From sequence record NC_061447.1: a stretch of 64,000 bases of DNA. One strand, written 5' to 3'. Below are positions 54,553-63,215 of this stretch, in pieces (position 1 is the first letter of the stretch; each line of letters starts with the position of its first letter). The notes under the pieces are model-generated. The model was not told the origin of the DNA and did no database searches. It worked only from the letters and a program-made list of their open reading frames with translations. The position numbers and the translations under genes are program-made.

Positions 54553-55071
54553 TTAATAGAGTGAGTCAACGGTATGGTTGACGTGAACCTGCGCTGTGTG
54601 ACCGCGACAGATACGTCCTTCGGTTTGTTCGAACGTTGCTGGCTGCCAGTGTTCTGAGGCTTCGACGGAGATGATCAGTTGTTCTTCCCACATGTCGGCA
54701 TCAGTCAAGGCATCTGCAATCATACGCAGAGCAGCAGGACGATCTTGACCCAGGTGCAACAGCTCCGCAATGACGATGCGAGGCTTCGGCCGTGAATCAA
54801 TTTCGTCGAGTGCCCAACCGAGTTCAGACAGAGAGCAGATCTGGTGCGCATCAACTGACGCGTTACCGTGATACTCGTCTGGTCCGAAATAAACAATTTC
54901 AAAATCGTTGACGTCGGTTTGGCTAACAAAAAAGTGAGGCGCGTCCACCAGAATAGAAGGTGCGGCGCGCATCTGGAGCAAGCCCATGTATGGATTAGGT
55001 TCTGCACGGGCTTCTACCGAACAAGACTTCCCAGCAAGACTTTCGATAATGCTGTGTGCGAGATTATTCAT
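54553..55071 (-). CDS. Hypothetical protein (172 aa)
   Basis: Start moved to MNNLAHS (55071) behind GAGG. Confidence 0.7.
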   Translation of the reverse strand: MNNLAHSIIESLAGKSCSVEARAEPNPYMGLLQMRAAPSILVDAPHFFVSQTDVNDFEIVYFGPDEYHGNASVDAHQICSLSELGWALDEIDSRPKPRIVIAELLHLGQDRPAALRMIADALTDADMWEEQLIISVEASEHWQPATFEQTEGRICRGHTAQVHVNHTVDSLY

Positions 55072-55078
55072 TGTAACC

Positions 55079-55273
55079 TCATTTCTCAGGAGTTGGTGAG
55101 AGGTGAGAGGACGAGTAGTGATAGCCAAACGCTACCTGTTTGTAGGACTGACGTCCCTGATTCTGTTTGCGTTTGGCTTCGGCCTCACGTTTGTCCAGCT
55201 CGTCAAAGATACCTACGCGACGGGCATAACGAAACTTCGGGTGTACGGAGATATGTTTGACGATAGCTGTCAT
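55079..55273 (-). CDS. Small basic hypothetical protein (64 aa)
   Basis: GAGG RBS; CTGTAAACT variant motif upstream. Confidence 0.55.
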   Translation of the reverse strand: MTAIVKHISVHPKFRYARRVGIFDELDKREAEAKRKQNQGRQSYKQVAFGYHYSSSHLSPTPEK

Positions 55274-55312
55274 ATATTAATCCTCTATGTTGATTGCTGT
55301 TAGTTTACAGTA

Positions 55313-55837
55313 TCAATCACTCTTGCCTAATTGACGCTCAAGCTCGTAGGCGAAGTAATCGTCCCACGTGGCGAAACCGTCTTTAGCCAACATACGATCA
55401 AACTCACGGTCGGATTTAGATCCCTTAGGAAAGCGAATCTTGTTGGACAGACGTTGGAGTCGGTCGTACATGAACCGTGCCTGCTTGACGATCGGATTCT
55501 TTTCAGGCAGATGATTCTGCAACAACTTGTAGCTGAACACCAAAGGAAAATCTTTGTTCGGCACCGTATCACCCAACAAACGATGAACGGTATTCAGGTA
55601 CTGCTCGATTTGGGCATGAGATTCAGGGTGAGCATAGTACCAGTCATCCAGTGAAGCCAGACCTTGAGTTTCCTCATAGACCAGGGCATCATACATGACC
55701 ATGAGAATTGGCTTCTCTTCCTTCTTTTCTTTGTACGCCTGAAACAGCTTGGCACAAGTGCCGTACTTGTTTTGCAGAATCGTTTCCAAGATTGCTGCGT
55801 AGCGTACAACCTCATATTCGGTAAGTACCTTACTCAT
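55313..55837 (-). CDS. Hypothetical protein (174 aa)
   Basis: GGAG RBS; follows the polymerase-like gene. Confidence 0.7.
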   Translation of the reverse strand: MSKVLTEYEVVRYAAILETILQNKYGTCAKLFQAYKEKKEEKPILMVMYDALVYEETQGLASLDDWYYAHPESHAQIEQYLNTVHRLLGDTVPNKDFPLVFSYKLLQNHLPEKNPIVKQARFMYDRLQRLSNKIRFPKGSKSDREFDRMLAKDGFATWDDYFAYELERQLGKSD

Positions 55838-55840
55838 ACT

Positions 55841-57457
55841 TTACTCCGAGAATATCTTTTTATCAGAAAACTTCTTGAGTACAAACTCGGCGTGGTTGCT
55901 CGTTACGGTGTCTCCTTCAACGCAGAGCAATGCGCCATCGTGCTCAAGAGAATACACACCCTTGACGTTAGGGCAGTTAAGAATCGCATCGAAAAGAAAA
56001 TAACTCTCCCACCCAGAAAGCATGTGGTTGAGAACGCGCTTCTTAATCTTCTTGTCCGTATCGTCAGGATCAGGATCATAGTTCGATCCCGTTGCACACT
56101 GGAGAACGCCGTATTCTGGCCTCCGTGCATTTTTATTTTTTCGGAACTTGGAACGATACACACCAAGCAGATCAGTGATGGCGAAATACAGAGGCGTCAT
56201 CCTCGTATTCCAATCCAATATCTCCTCTTTCACTTTCGAGACAGGCATGAAGCGAGCAAGTTCCTTAAAGACGTTGCTGTACTTCGTTGTTTCAAGTTGA
56301 CCTGCTGAGAAGATTGTACCGTATAAACAAACTTTTGCTGCACGTCTGTCCAATTTCATTATGCGACTGATATCATCAACGGAGCTTACCGTATCAAACA
56401 TCGCACACTCAATTCCGTAAGCGCCAAACTCTTTACGCAACACGTTGAACTGGCTGGACTTCATATCCCAGTTAGTGCCAATCGTGTAACATTGCTCTTT
56501 CAGGTCTGACGGTAAGTTCTGGAACCCACCACCAACTTCGAACAGTCGTCCGCCAATTTGCGACAGCCTATATTTAGGCCAATAACGAATGACAAGAGGT
56601 TTCTCGCTAACGATCTGAACAGGCCCCGACACAATAGTATCGAGCAACGTCTTAACCTGCAGGTACTGCTTCTTCGCCTTGTGATTAGCAATCAAGGACC
56701 TGTCTTCTAAATAAGCGAGGATAGGTTCGATGTTCACCTCATTCGGCATCAGCTTGTCAAGTACCTTACGATAAAGAGCACGGCCTTTAAGTTCCTTACC
56801 GTTACCCCTGTCACGATTTCGATCAAGCGAGCTAAGATCGTGCGTAGGGCGTTTGAACGGCAGCTTAGAATTTTTCTGAATCTGCGACCACACCGTTACC
56901 CCGTAATCCTCTCTCAAAATTTTAAGAGGGCTATAGAATCGAATGCGGTACAAAATATCGTAATGAGACTGCGGCTTAAAATGCCCGTACATCCCGTCTA
57001 AGATTTCAGGACGCATCCTAAACTCTCGACTAAGGCCCTTTTTCTTATCGTACGGTTTCGTTTCAAACACGTTAGCCATCAGCCAATCAAGGGATCTACT
57101 AAACGTGCCTTTCTTCGACTTGGCATATCGCCCTACAGCCACATTATCACCGCCCCTTTGATGACCGAACACCATAGGTAGCTTTTCTTTGCCCAATGAG
57201 CTTGGAAACGGCACCCAGACCCGTCCAAACTTCTTCTTTTTGTGTTTACGTGCAGGATAAAGGCTGCATTGAAGAATGTGCCAGAAGAATAAGTTCAATT
57301 GAGCACGGAACTCACGTTGTTCAGCATCAGGCCCCTCGTACGGGCAAGCGTTTATAACGTTGTCTCGCACCCAAATAACGACTTCCTTCTCCTGGTACGA
57401 GGGATTCGTGACGAGCACGGGCCCCTGACCGGAAACGATTCGTTTTTTCATGTTCAC
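55841..57457 (-). CDS. Divergent family A polymerase-like protein (TV-Pol-like; candidate primase/initiator) (538 aa)
   Basis: GRLFEVGGGFQNLP, motif A-like WDMKSSQF, motif B-like RRAAKVCLYG, NHMLSGWES and motif C-like LEHDGALL, in the order of the family A palm/fingers. No exonuclease domain. Confidence 0.65.
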   Translation of the reverse strand: MNMKKRIVSGQGPVLVTNPSYQEKEVVIWVRDNVINACPYEGPDAEQREFRAQLNLFFWHILQCSLYPARKHKKKKFGRVWVPFPSSLGKEKLPMVFGHQRGGDNVAVGRYAKSKKGTFSRSLDWLMANVFETKPYDKKKGLSREFRMRPEILDGMYGHFKPQSHYDILYRIRFYSPLKILREDYGVTVWSQIQKNSKLPFKRPTHDLSSLDRNRDRGNGKELKGRALYRKVLDKLMPNEVNIEPILAYLEDRSLIANHKAKKQYLQVKTLLDTIVSGPVQIVSEKPLVIRYWPKYRLSQIGGRLFEVGGGFQNLPSDLKEQCYTIGTNWDMKSSQFNVLRKEFGAYGIECAMFDTVSSVDDISRIMKLDRRAAKVCLYGTIFSAGQLETTKYSNVFKELARFMPVSKVKEEILDWNTRMTPLYFAITDLLGVYRSKFRKNKNARRPEYGVLQCATGSNYDPDPDDTDKKIKKRVLNHMLSGWESYFLFDAILNCPNVKGVYSLEHDGALLCVEGDTVTSNHAEFVLKKFSDKKIFSE

Positions 57458-57517
57458 ATCATGATTACCTGATTTTTCTATCGTTTCTTTACAGAATCAG
57501 ACAACTCTTAACTCCGA

Positions 57518-57620
57518 ATGCTACAGCTGGAAGCTACAACAGCTAGGCATGGAAGGCATGGGCTACAGCGGGCTAGCTACAACGCTCGTGGTACGCTTGA
57601 ACATTACAACTACAGGTACA
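57518..57620. repeat. Cluster of short imperfect direct repeats (GCTACA x4, GGCATGG x2, TACA)
   Basis: GCTACA at 57520, 57533, 57562 and 57576; GGCATGG at 57546 and 57555. Confidence 0.6.
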
Positions 57621-57677
57621 TCTTTAGGCGGCACGTTTCGGAGACATAGAAAATAAAGAAACCATGCTCCGAGCAGC

Positions 57678-57860
57678 CTAGATTGCACCCTCTACGCACC
57701 CTGGGTAGCGATCTAGCGGAAAACCCTAGGTCGTCTAAACCGTGTAAATTTTTCCAAAAAAGTAGTGCATTTTTTGACCAAATGCCCCTTTTCAGACTAA
57801 AAATGAGGAAAATCCGAGAAAAATCAAGGACTTTCCCCCAATTTTGAAACGAAAAATCAG
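57678..57860. other. Inverted repeat plus phased A/T tracts (origin- or packaging-site-like)
   Basis: CTAGATTGC-ACCC...GGGT-A-GCGATCTAG at 57678-57716, followed by A4-6/T4-6 runs spaced about 9-11 nt apart from 57749 to 57870. Confidence 0.4.
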
Positions 57861-57861
57861 A

Positions 57862-58521
57862 TCATTTTTTCTGTGAAACGCGTTTTCCGAGCTTAACACC
57901 GATTTGCGTCAGTATTCGCTTGACCGTTTCGCCGTCATGTTCAGCCATAGCAGCAGCTAAACGCTCGCCCTGTTCACGCGATAGCTCAGGCATGACCATT
58001 TTAAGCATCTGCGAGCGCATTTTTGCAGACTTTGATTTGCCTTTCGACACCGATACGCCTTCGTTAGCTGTGAGCGCACTGCTAATCGCTTTCTGCACAC
58101 GACGATCACCGAAGATATCGCCGAATACGTCACCGAACAGGTCTTTGAACGATAGACCACCGCTCATAATGTCGTTTTTCGTGAAACGAACAGGCTGTCC
58201 GAGCGCATTCACTTTATTGCAATGCACAGATTCAACCTGATTCGTGGTACGGCCACCAGCACGGAAGTTCTCGTCAGGGCGTGACGCTTTACCCTCTGCG
58301 CCTGGCTTAGTGTTGCCGTTGCGTAAATCAGGGTTACCTTCGACAGCTTTATCAGGGTCGAACATGTCGTCGGCTGTTTCGCTTTGATTCGCGTCAAACG
58401 GAATCTTACCCGTCAGCTTGTTGGGATCTGGCCAGCTATCTGGAATGTCAGAAGCAGGCTGTGGCTTATTGGTCATATCCCCATTTGCTTCACTGCTCAA
58501 GCTGATCTTAATACGAGTCAT
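57862..58521 (-). CDS. Probable virion/head protein with an MTRIKISLS leader (219 aa)
   Basis: AGGAG RBS; low-complexity acidic N-half, helical C-half. Confidence 0.75.
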   Translation of the reverse strand: MTRIKISLSSEANGDMTNKPQPASDIPDSWPDPNKLTGKIPFDANQSETADDMFDPDKAVEGNPDLRNGNTKPGAEGKASRPDENFRAGGRTTNQVESVHCNKVNALGQPVRFTKNDIMSGGLSFKDLFGDVFGDIFGDRRVQKAISSALTANEGVSVSKGKSKSAKMRSQMLKMVMPELSREQGERLAAAMAEHDGETVKRILTQIGVKLGKRVSQKK

Positions 58522-58530
58522 GTTAATCTC

Positions 58531-59640
58531 CTATCGGATTTTGAAGCCTTTGAAAATGTTATACGCAATCTCTTTGCGCTGAATAGGACGAGTGGTACAC
58601 ACCCATTCCCACTGATCGTTCTTCGCTGTGCGTTTCTTTGGTGCTTCCATAACTTTCAGCACGTAGTTTTTGAAAGGCAGAACGAGAATATCTTCTGGTT
58701 CAATCGCACCGCTACGCGCAGGCAGAACTACCGTGATGTTACCGACAGTCAGCTCCTGATCGTAGTTCAGCACGTTTGCTTCTTCGCTGATGTTGCCTTT
58801 GACAGGCGGCACACCCAAATCGAAGATCATCGTGACGTGTGAGAACGCCTCAACTCCTCGAACACGAATCGTCACATGTTTACCGCGCCAGCGTTCCAGA
58901 TTCGCTGCTGTCAGTTCGACTTCAACACCGTTAACCAACAGCATAGGGCGTGGGAAAGCAGGTAACATGGTTTCATTCAGACGCACCGAATAAGTCGCCT
59001 GCGTAAAGTATTTTGGGATAAGCTGATCGAAATCCGCGTAACCGTCTTTACGTACCTGCCTGAATGTTGCTGGGCTGGTGGACTGATCGAGCGTATAGCC
59101 CGTCAGCTCCTTAACGTGATAGTGCGTGGCGATGTTGTAGATGAAGCCTGTACTGATAAATCCAGGCACAACACCTTGACGAAAGCAGATGCCGCAGTTC
59201 GCAACGTTACCGCCATCCCATTTGACGTCGAACTCCTCACCTGTGTCGATGCCCATCAGGTCGGCGGCGTCCATAACAGCGTTCATGCCGTCGTCGATAT
59301 CATCAAGGCTTACTGCTTGGCGCCCACCGCCGAACATACCCTTGGAGACAGTATCGATCTTAACGCCAGCAGACATTGCATCGGATTCACGGCCTAAACT
59401 TTTCAGGCCACCAGCAATGTTATCCAGTACATCGTTTTCGGTTTTGTTGCAGCTACAGGTGAGGCCCATCTTCGCTTTCTTGAAGATGACGATATCGGTG
59501 GCGTCTACCTGCAATGCCTGTTCGACTTTGGACTGCACAACCTTTTGCACACTGTCCAATCGGCGTTGTACGCGTTCCGTTTCGTAGGTCTTGTGCCGGT
59601 CATATGTGTTGCGGGGTTTCCCGCGCTCAATCCAGCTCAT
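58531..59640 (-). CDS. Probable virion structural protein with Cys motifs, possibly neck/head-closure (369 aa)
   Basis: CSC and CGIC..QG..PGF motifs with a beta-rich C-terminus (PEDILV...YVLKV); AGGAG RBS; CTAATTTC upstream. The neck assignment is an inference. Confidence 0.55.
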   Translation of the reverse strand: MSWIERGKPRNTYDRHKTYETERVQRRLDSVQKVVQSKVEQALQVDATDIVIFKKAKMGLTCSCNKTENDVLDNIAGGLKSLGRESDAMSAGVKIDTVSKGMFGGGRQAVSLDDIDDGMNAVMDAADLMGIDTGEEFDVKWDGGNVANCGICFRQGVVPGFISTGFIYNIATHYHVKELTGYTLDQSTSPATFRQVRKDGYADFDQLIPKYFTQATYSVRLNETMLPAFPRPMLLVNGVEVELTAANLERWRGKHVTIRVRGVEAFSHVTMIFDLGVPPVKGNISEEANVLNYDQELTVGNITVVLPARSGAIEPEDILVLPFKNYVLKVMEAPKKRTAKNDQWEWVCTTRPIQRKEIAYNIFKGFKIR

Positions 59641-59739
59641 AAAAGTTCTCCTCTGTGTGCTTGAAATTAGTGACTAAGAATTTTGGACCTTTGCCCTGAC
59701 AAATACTTATTTAGTGTATGTTAAAACGAGGAGCCTAAC

Positions 59740-60288
59740 ATGCGTATTCTTTCAGGCGACCCGGGAAAGGTTAACTTCGCGTTGTCTGTCACTGAATTTA
59801 AGGACAAGCGCATAGAGATTCTCGGGACGAGGATGTTTCAACATCCAATTCAAAACCTACATCACGACATGCGCCAACCAGTCAAAGAGTTCATGAAAGA
59901 GCTTGATGACATATGGAAGCGCTATGGACCGTTTGATGCAATGTGCTTCGAGCGATTCCAGTCTCGTGGTCTTGGTGGTAACACTATCGAGGCGATCAGT
60001 TTGATGCTCGGTGTTGTCTCCTTGTTCGCATTGAAAAAGAACTGCCCGATCGATTTGATCACGGCGAGTCAGTGGAAGAACGCGTTCAACCGCACTATGG
60101 ACCTTAAAGGTTATTACGCGCATTATAATCTGACTTCCAAAAAGAGTCGCAAAGCGATTCACGAATTTGACGCAAGCCTTATTGGCATGTATACCTTCTA
60201 CCGACATACGAACCGGAAACCATTCGCAGGCTTCGACCGCATCGTTGACGTCTACGTTCCGAAGTTCTTGTCAGCACCTGTACTGTGA
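59740..60288 (+). CDS. ruvC: RuvC-like Holliday junction resolvase (182 aa)
   Basis: ILSGDPG (catalytic D), CFERF (E), ASQWK, HEFDASLIG (D); GAGGAG RBS. Confidence 0.85.
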   Translation: MRILSGDPGKVNFALSVTEFKDKRIEILGTRMFQHPIQNLHHDMRQPVKEFMKELDDIWKRYGPFDAMCFERFQSRGLGGNTIEAISLMLGVVSLFALKKNCPIDLITASQWKNAFNRTMDLKGYYAHYNLTSKKSRKAIHEFDASLIGMYTFYRHTNRKPFAGFDRIVDVYVPKFLSAPVL

Positions 60289-60295
60289 GGCAAAC

Positions 60296-60661
60296 ATGGA
60301 ACATGAACAACTGCTTTCTCTCGTTAAAGATGTAGTGTCTGAGTTTGGCACACCTGTCTACCTCGATCGTGGTCAGGTCGGTGAGAACAGCATCACGTAT
60401 TCCACAATGGAAACACTGATCAGTGTTCGTTCGGATGAACAAGGCACTACGCTGCTGCAAGATCTGAAAGCCAAGATTGCGGACTATCTCGAACTGCTGC
60501 GTACCGATGGCGCAACGCGCACTTACGATGGTGCTATCCAACTGCTGGCTCCTGTTACTCAGGCTCCGAAGTTTACCTATCGTGACCCATCAGTGAACGA
60601 AATTCCTAACGGTGTACTGTACTCGGTCTCCATTGGTTTTCCCATGTTTGTGGCCGATTAA
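60296..60661 (+). CDS. Hypothetical protein (121 aa)
   Basis: Start moved to MEHEQLL (60296) behind GAGG. Confidence 0.7.
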   Translation: MEHEQLLSLVKDVVSEFGTPVYLDRGQVGENSITYSTMETLISVRSDEQGTTLLQDLKAKIADYLELLRTDGATRTYDGAIQLLAPVTQAPKFTYRDPSVNEIPNGVLYSVSIGFPMFVAD

Positions 60662-60707
60662 TCTGTAAATATCCTTACTTGGTTAACACGGCTTGTGGGA
60701 TATAGAA

Positions 60708-61400
60708 ATGGCGAAGTTAAAGAAAGAACAAAAGGCAGTTGCGGCAAAGAAACCTGTTAAGGTGAAGAAGTCAGTAGCTACCAAAACAAATAAAGGAAAA
60801 GCAGTTCCGATTCGTGTTGTGCAGGACAATCGTCCAATCATTGTCTGCCCTGAAATGGAAGACAAGCCGCAACAGTTTCGTTTTCGTGGTCAGTGTCCGA
60901 TCACAACGTGCCAGTATTGCACACGCGAAACGCCTACAGGCTGTATGGCGTTAGACCGCAAAGAAGCTGCCGACCGTTCAATCTCTAACAAGGAGATCGC
61001 TTATTACAAACGTGGCCTCTTCCCAGAACTCAAAGAGATGGATCAAAAGCAGTTGGACAATACGATTCGACGCGCACAAAATCGTACCCGTACTGCTATC
61101 TGTCTTACTATGTTTATTGCCGGGATTGATGATTCTGATTGCGATCGGTCTTTTGAATACGTAGAAGGCCGAAGCCGCATTGTCGATCAGGTTCATAACT
61201 ATCTGGTTCAAACGTTCAACGACTATCGCCCATGGATGCTTGCCTACCTGGACGATGAAGAACGATTTACTCAGATGGTTGGCAAGATAACCAATTCTGA
61301 ATTTAATTTAGGCACAGCGCTGCGGTTAACGCCTCGTAAGTATCAGACGTTCTGCCAGTCGCTACAGAACCTTAAACAATCTGGAGACTCCAATGAGTAA
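60708..61400 (+). CDS. Hypothetical protein with a Lys-rich N-terminus and a CPITTCQYC metal-binding motif (230 aa)
   Basis: Start MAKLKK at 60708; exact CTGTAAATA 36 nt upstream on the plus strand. Confidence 0.7.
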   Translation: MAKLKKEQKAVAAKKPVKVKKSVATKTNKGKAVPIRVVQDNRPIIVCPEMEDKPQQFRFRGQCPITTCQYCTRETPTGCMALDRKEAADRSISNKEIAYYKRGLFPELKEMDQKQLDNTIRRAQNRTRTAICLTMFIAGIDDSDCDRSFEYVEGRSRIVDQVHNYLVQTFNDYRPWMLAYLDDEERFTQMVGKITNSEFNLGTALRLTPRKYQTFCQSLQNLKQSGDSNE

Positions 61401-63162
61401 CTTTATTTCTCTCGATCAGTATCGCGCTTTTATTCAGCGCAACATTCTGAGCGAGCCTCAGATGCTGGTCAGCAACCAGACTCAGCCGCTGGGTCAAATC
61501 TCTTTCCAGTGCCCAGGTGACAACTTCCAGATGAAGGACGTTATCATTCCTGCGACGCGCAATGCTGTTGACCTGACGCAGCAAGCGCCTCTGGAAAACC
61601 TGCTGGCGTGTAGCCAACTGAAATCTCTGATCCAGTTGCAGCGTGTCGCTCTGCTGAACCCTGACGATATGCCTCAGCCTGGTGAAGGTATTCCACAACC
61701 TTCTCTGTCACAAACTCCAGTCGCTGGTGCAGTGTCAGTTGACGGTACCACAATCCCTAACGCCGTTGTGATCGTTGAGCAGAACGGTAACGTGTGGACT
61801 GGTACTTCGAACGGTAGTGGCGTGTTCACTGTTGACGTGTCTGGTCTGGAAGAAGGTCCGTTCTCGATCACTGTAACTGCAAACGGTTATACGCCAGCGC
61901 GTTACGACTTCGAAGCAGGCCCACAGCCGCTGCAACCAATGCCTGAGCCTGTTGTTCACGCAGTCTTCAAAGAAACTACGGTTTCGGGAACGACTGTTGC
62001 GAATGCTAATATCGTGGTATCGGTACAAAGCAAACAGTTCACTGGTCAGGCTGATAACGCTGGTGCGTTCTCTATCAACGTTGACCCACTGCCGTTTGGC
62101 GATATCAACCTGACGTTCACTGCTGACGGCTATCTGGATAAAACGGTAACTGTCGTAACTGACTCAGTGCCTGGTCTGGCGCAGATTGACAGCGCATCGT
62201 TCCTGACTACTTCTCTGTCTGGTAAAGCAACGCCAGAAGCAGAAGTCGAAATCCTGATCGACGGCCAGTCTAATCAGTTCGCTACTGCCAATGCGCAGGG
62301 TGACTGGGCTGCTACTGTCGGTGCCGTTAAAGGCGCTGTGTCTATTCGTGTGCTGGAGAAAGACGGCTACGATGAAGCAACCGCGACAATGCAGCCGACT
62401 AAACTCCAGTTCGGTGCAATCGCAGTTGATGACGCTGATGCGTTCGGCGAAACTCGCACTGTGGTATCTGGTACCATTGCAGGTCTGAATGCCGAAGCGA
62501 ACGATATCGCTGTTACCGTAACAGTTCAGGCTGGCGTGTACGAAGGTACTGTCAATCTGGCTGCTGGTACGTTCAACATTACTGGTGTTGATGCGAAAGC
62601 TGGTGTGGGTTCTACTGGTGTGGTCAACGTTACCTCTGCGTTCTACGAAGATGGTTCAACGTCGTTCACTATTCTGGAAGAGTTCGCTGCGCCTACGCTG
62701 CAACAAGCACAGGACGGTCAGACTGCTGTAGTCGGTGACACTGTTGCGAGCGCCACCGTTAAGATCACCATGAACGGCGAAACCAAAACTGCGTCTTCAA
62801 ATCCGCAGGGTGCGTTCAGTGTTAACGGCTTCACGAACGTTGTGCCTGGTCCGATCACTATCGAACTGTCACGCGCTCAATATCTGCCAGCTTCCTTCCA
62901 GGTTACTCTGGTCGTTGAAGCACTCGGTCAGCTTGATGCTGATCTGAAAGCTGGCGAAGACACCGTTGCAGGACAAGCAACGCCTGGCTCTACTGTCACT
63001 TTGACGCAGGGTAGCGTTACAGGTGATGCTGTAGCTGATGCGTCCACTGGTGAGTTCATTATTACGCTGTCCGGCCCTCTGGTTGAAGGTCAGGCTCAGC
63101 TTGTGGTGCAACATGCTGGCTATGTTGACTTCACCGACACTTTAGCTGTCGCGGCAGCTTAA
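61393..63162 (+). CDS. Virion surface protein with tandem Ig-like domains (Hoc-like decoration candidate) (589 aa)
   Basis: GGAG RBS; repeated TVSG.T..NA.V.V/I...G...A...G.F units; N-terminal domain shared with 63216..63866. Confidence 0.75.
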   Translation: MSNFISLDQYRAFIQRNILSEPQMLVSNQTQPLGQISFQCPGDNFQMKDVIIPATRNAVDLTQQAPLENLLACSQLKSLIQLQRVALLNPDDMPQPGEGIPQPSLSQTPVAGAVSVDGTTIPNAVVIVEQNGNVWTGTSNGSGVFTVDVSGLEEGPFSITVTANGYTPARYDFEAGPQPLQPMPEPVVHAVFKETTVSGTTVANANIVVSVQSKQFTGQADNAGAFSINVDPLPFGDINLTFTADGYLDKTVTVVTDSVPGLAQIDSASFLTTSLSGKATPEAEVEILIDGQSNQFATANAQGDWAATVGAVKGAVSIRVLEKDGYDEATATMQPTKLQFGAIAVDDADAFGETRTVVSGTIAGLNAEANDIAVTVTVQAGVYEGTVNLAAGTFNITGVDAKAGVGSTGVVNVTSAFYEDGSTSFTILEEFAAPTLQQAQDGQTAVVGDTVASATVKITMNGETKTASSNPQGAFSVNGFTNVVPGPITIELSRAQYLPASFQVTLVVEALGQLDADLKAGEDTVAGQATPGSTVTLTQGSVTGDAVADASTGEFIITLSGPLVEGQAQLVVQHAGYVDFTDTLAVAAA

Positions 63163-63170
63163 TCCTTTAC

Positions 63171-63186
63171 AGGGGCTTCGGCCCCT
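63171..63186 (+). terminator. Hairpin after the Ig-repeat gene (terminator or RNA-stability element)
   Basis: AGGGGC-TTCG-GCCCCT, but no U-tract follows on the plus strand. Confidence 0.55.
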
Positions 63187-63215
63187 AATAGAACTGAAAA
63201 TTCGGAGATTTACCC

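Noticed and set aside
57518-57620. Possible CRISPR-like or mini-array
   Set aside because: Repeats are only 6-7 nt, irregularly spaced, without unique spacers of constant length; no cas genes.
57518-57649. 43-codon plus-strand ORF (MLQLEATTARHGRHG...) across the short repeats
   Set aside because: No RBS, opposite to the local gene direction, and below the size where it can be supported.
51846-57682. 10-mer GCAGCCTAGA shared by the two large non-coding regions (51846 and 57673)
   Set aside because: A single 10-nt match between regions of about 300 and 400 nt has roughly a 1-in-4 chance expectation; no extended similarity.
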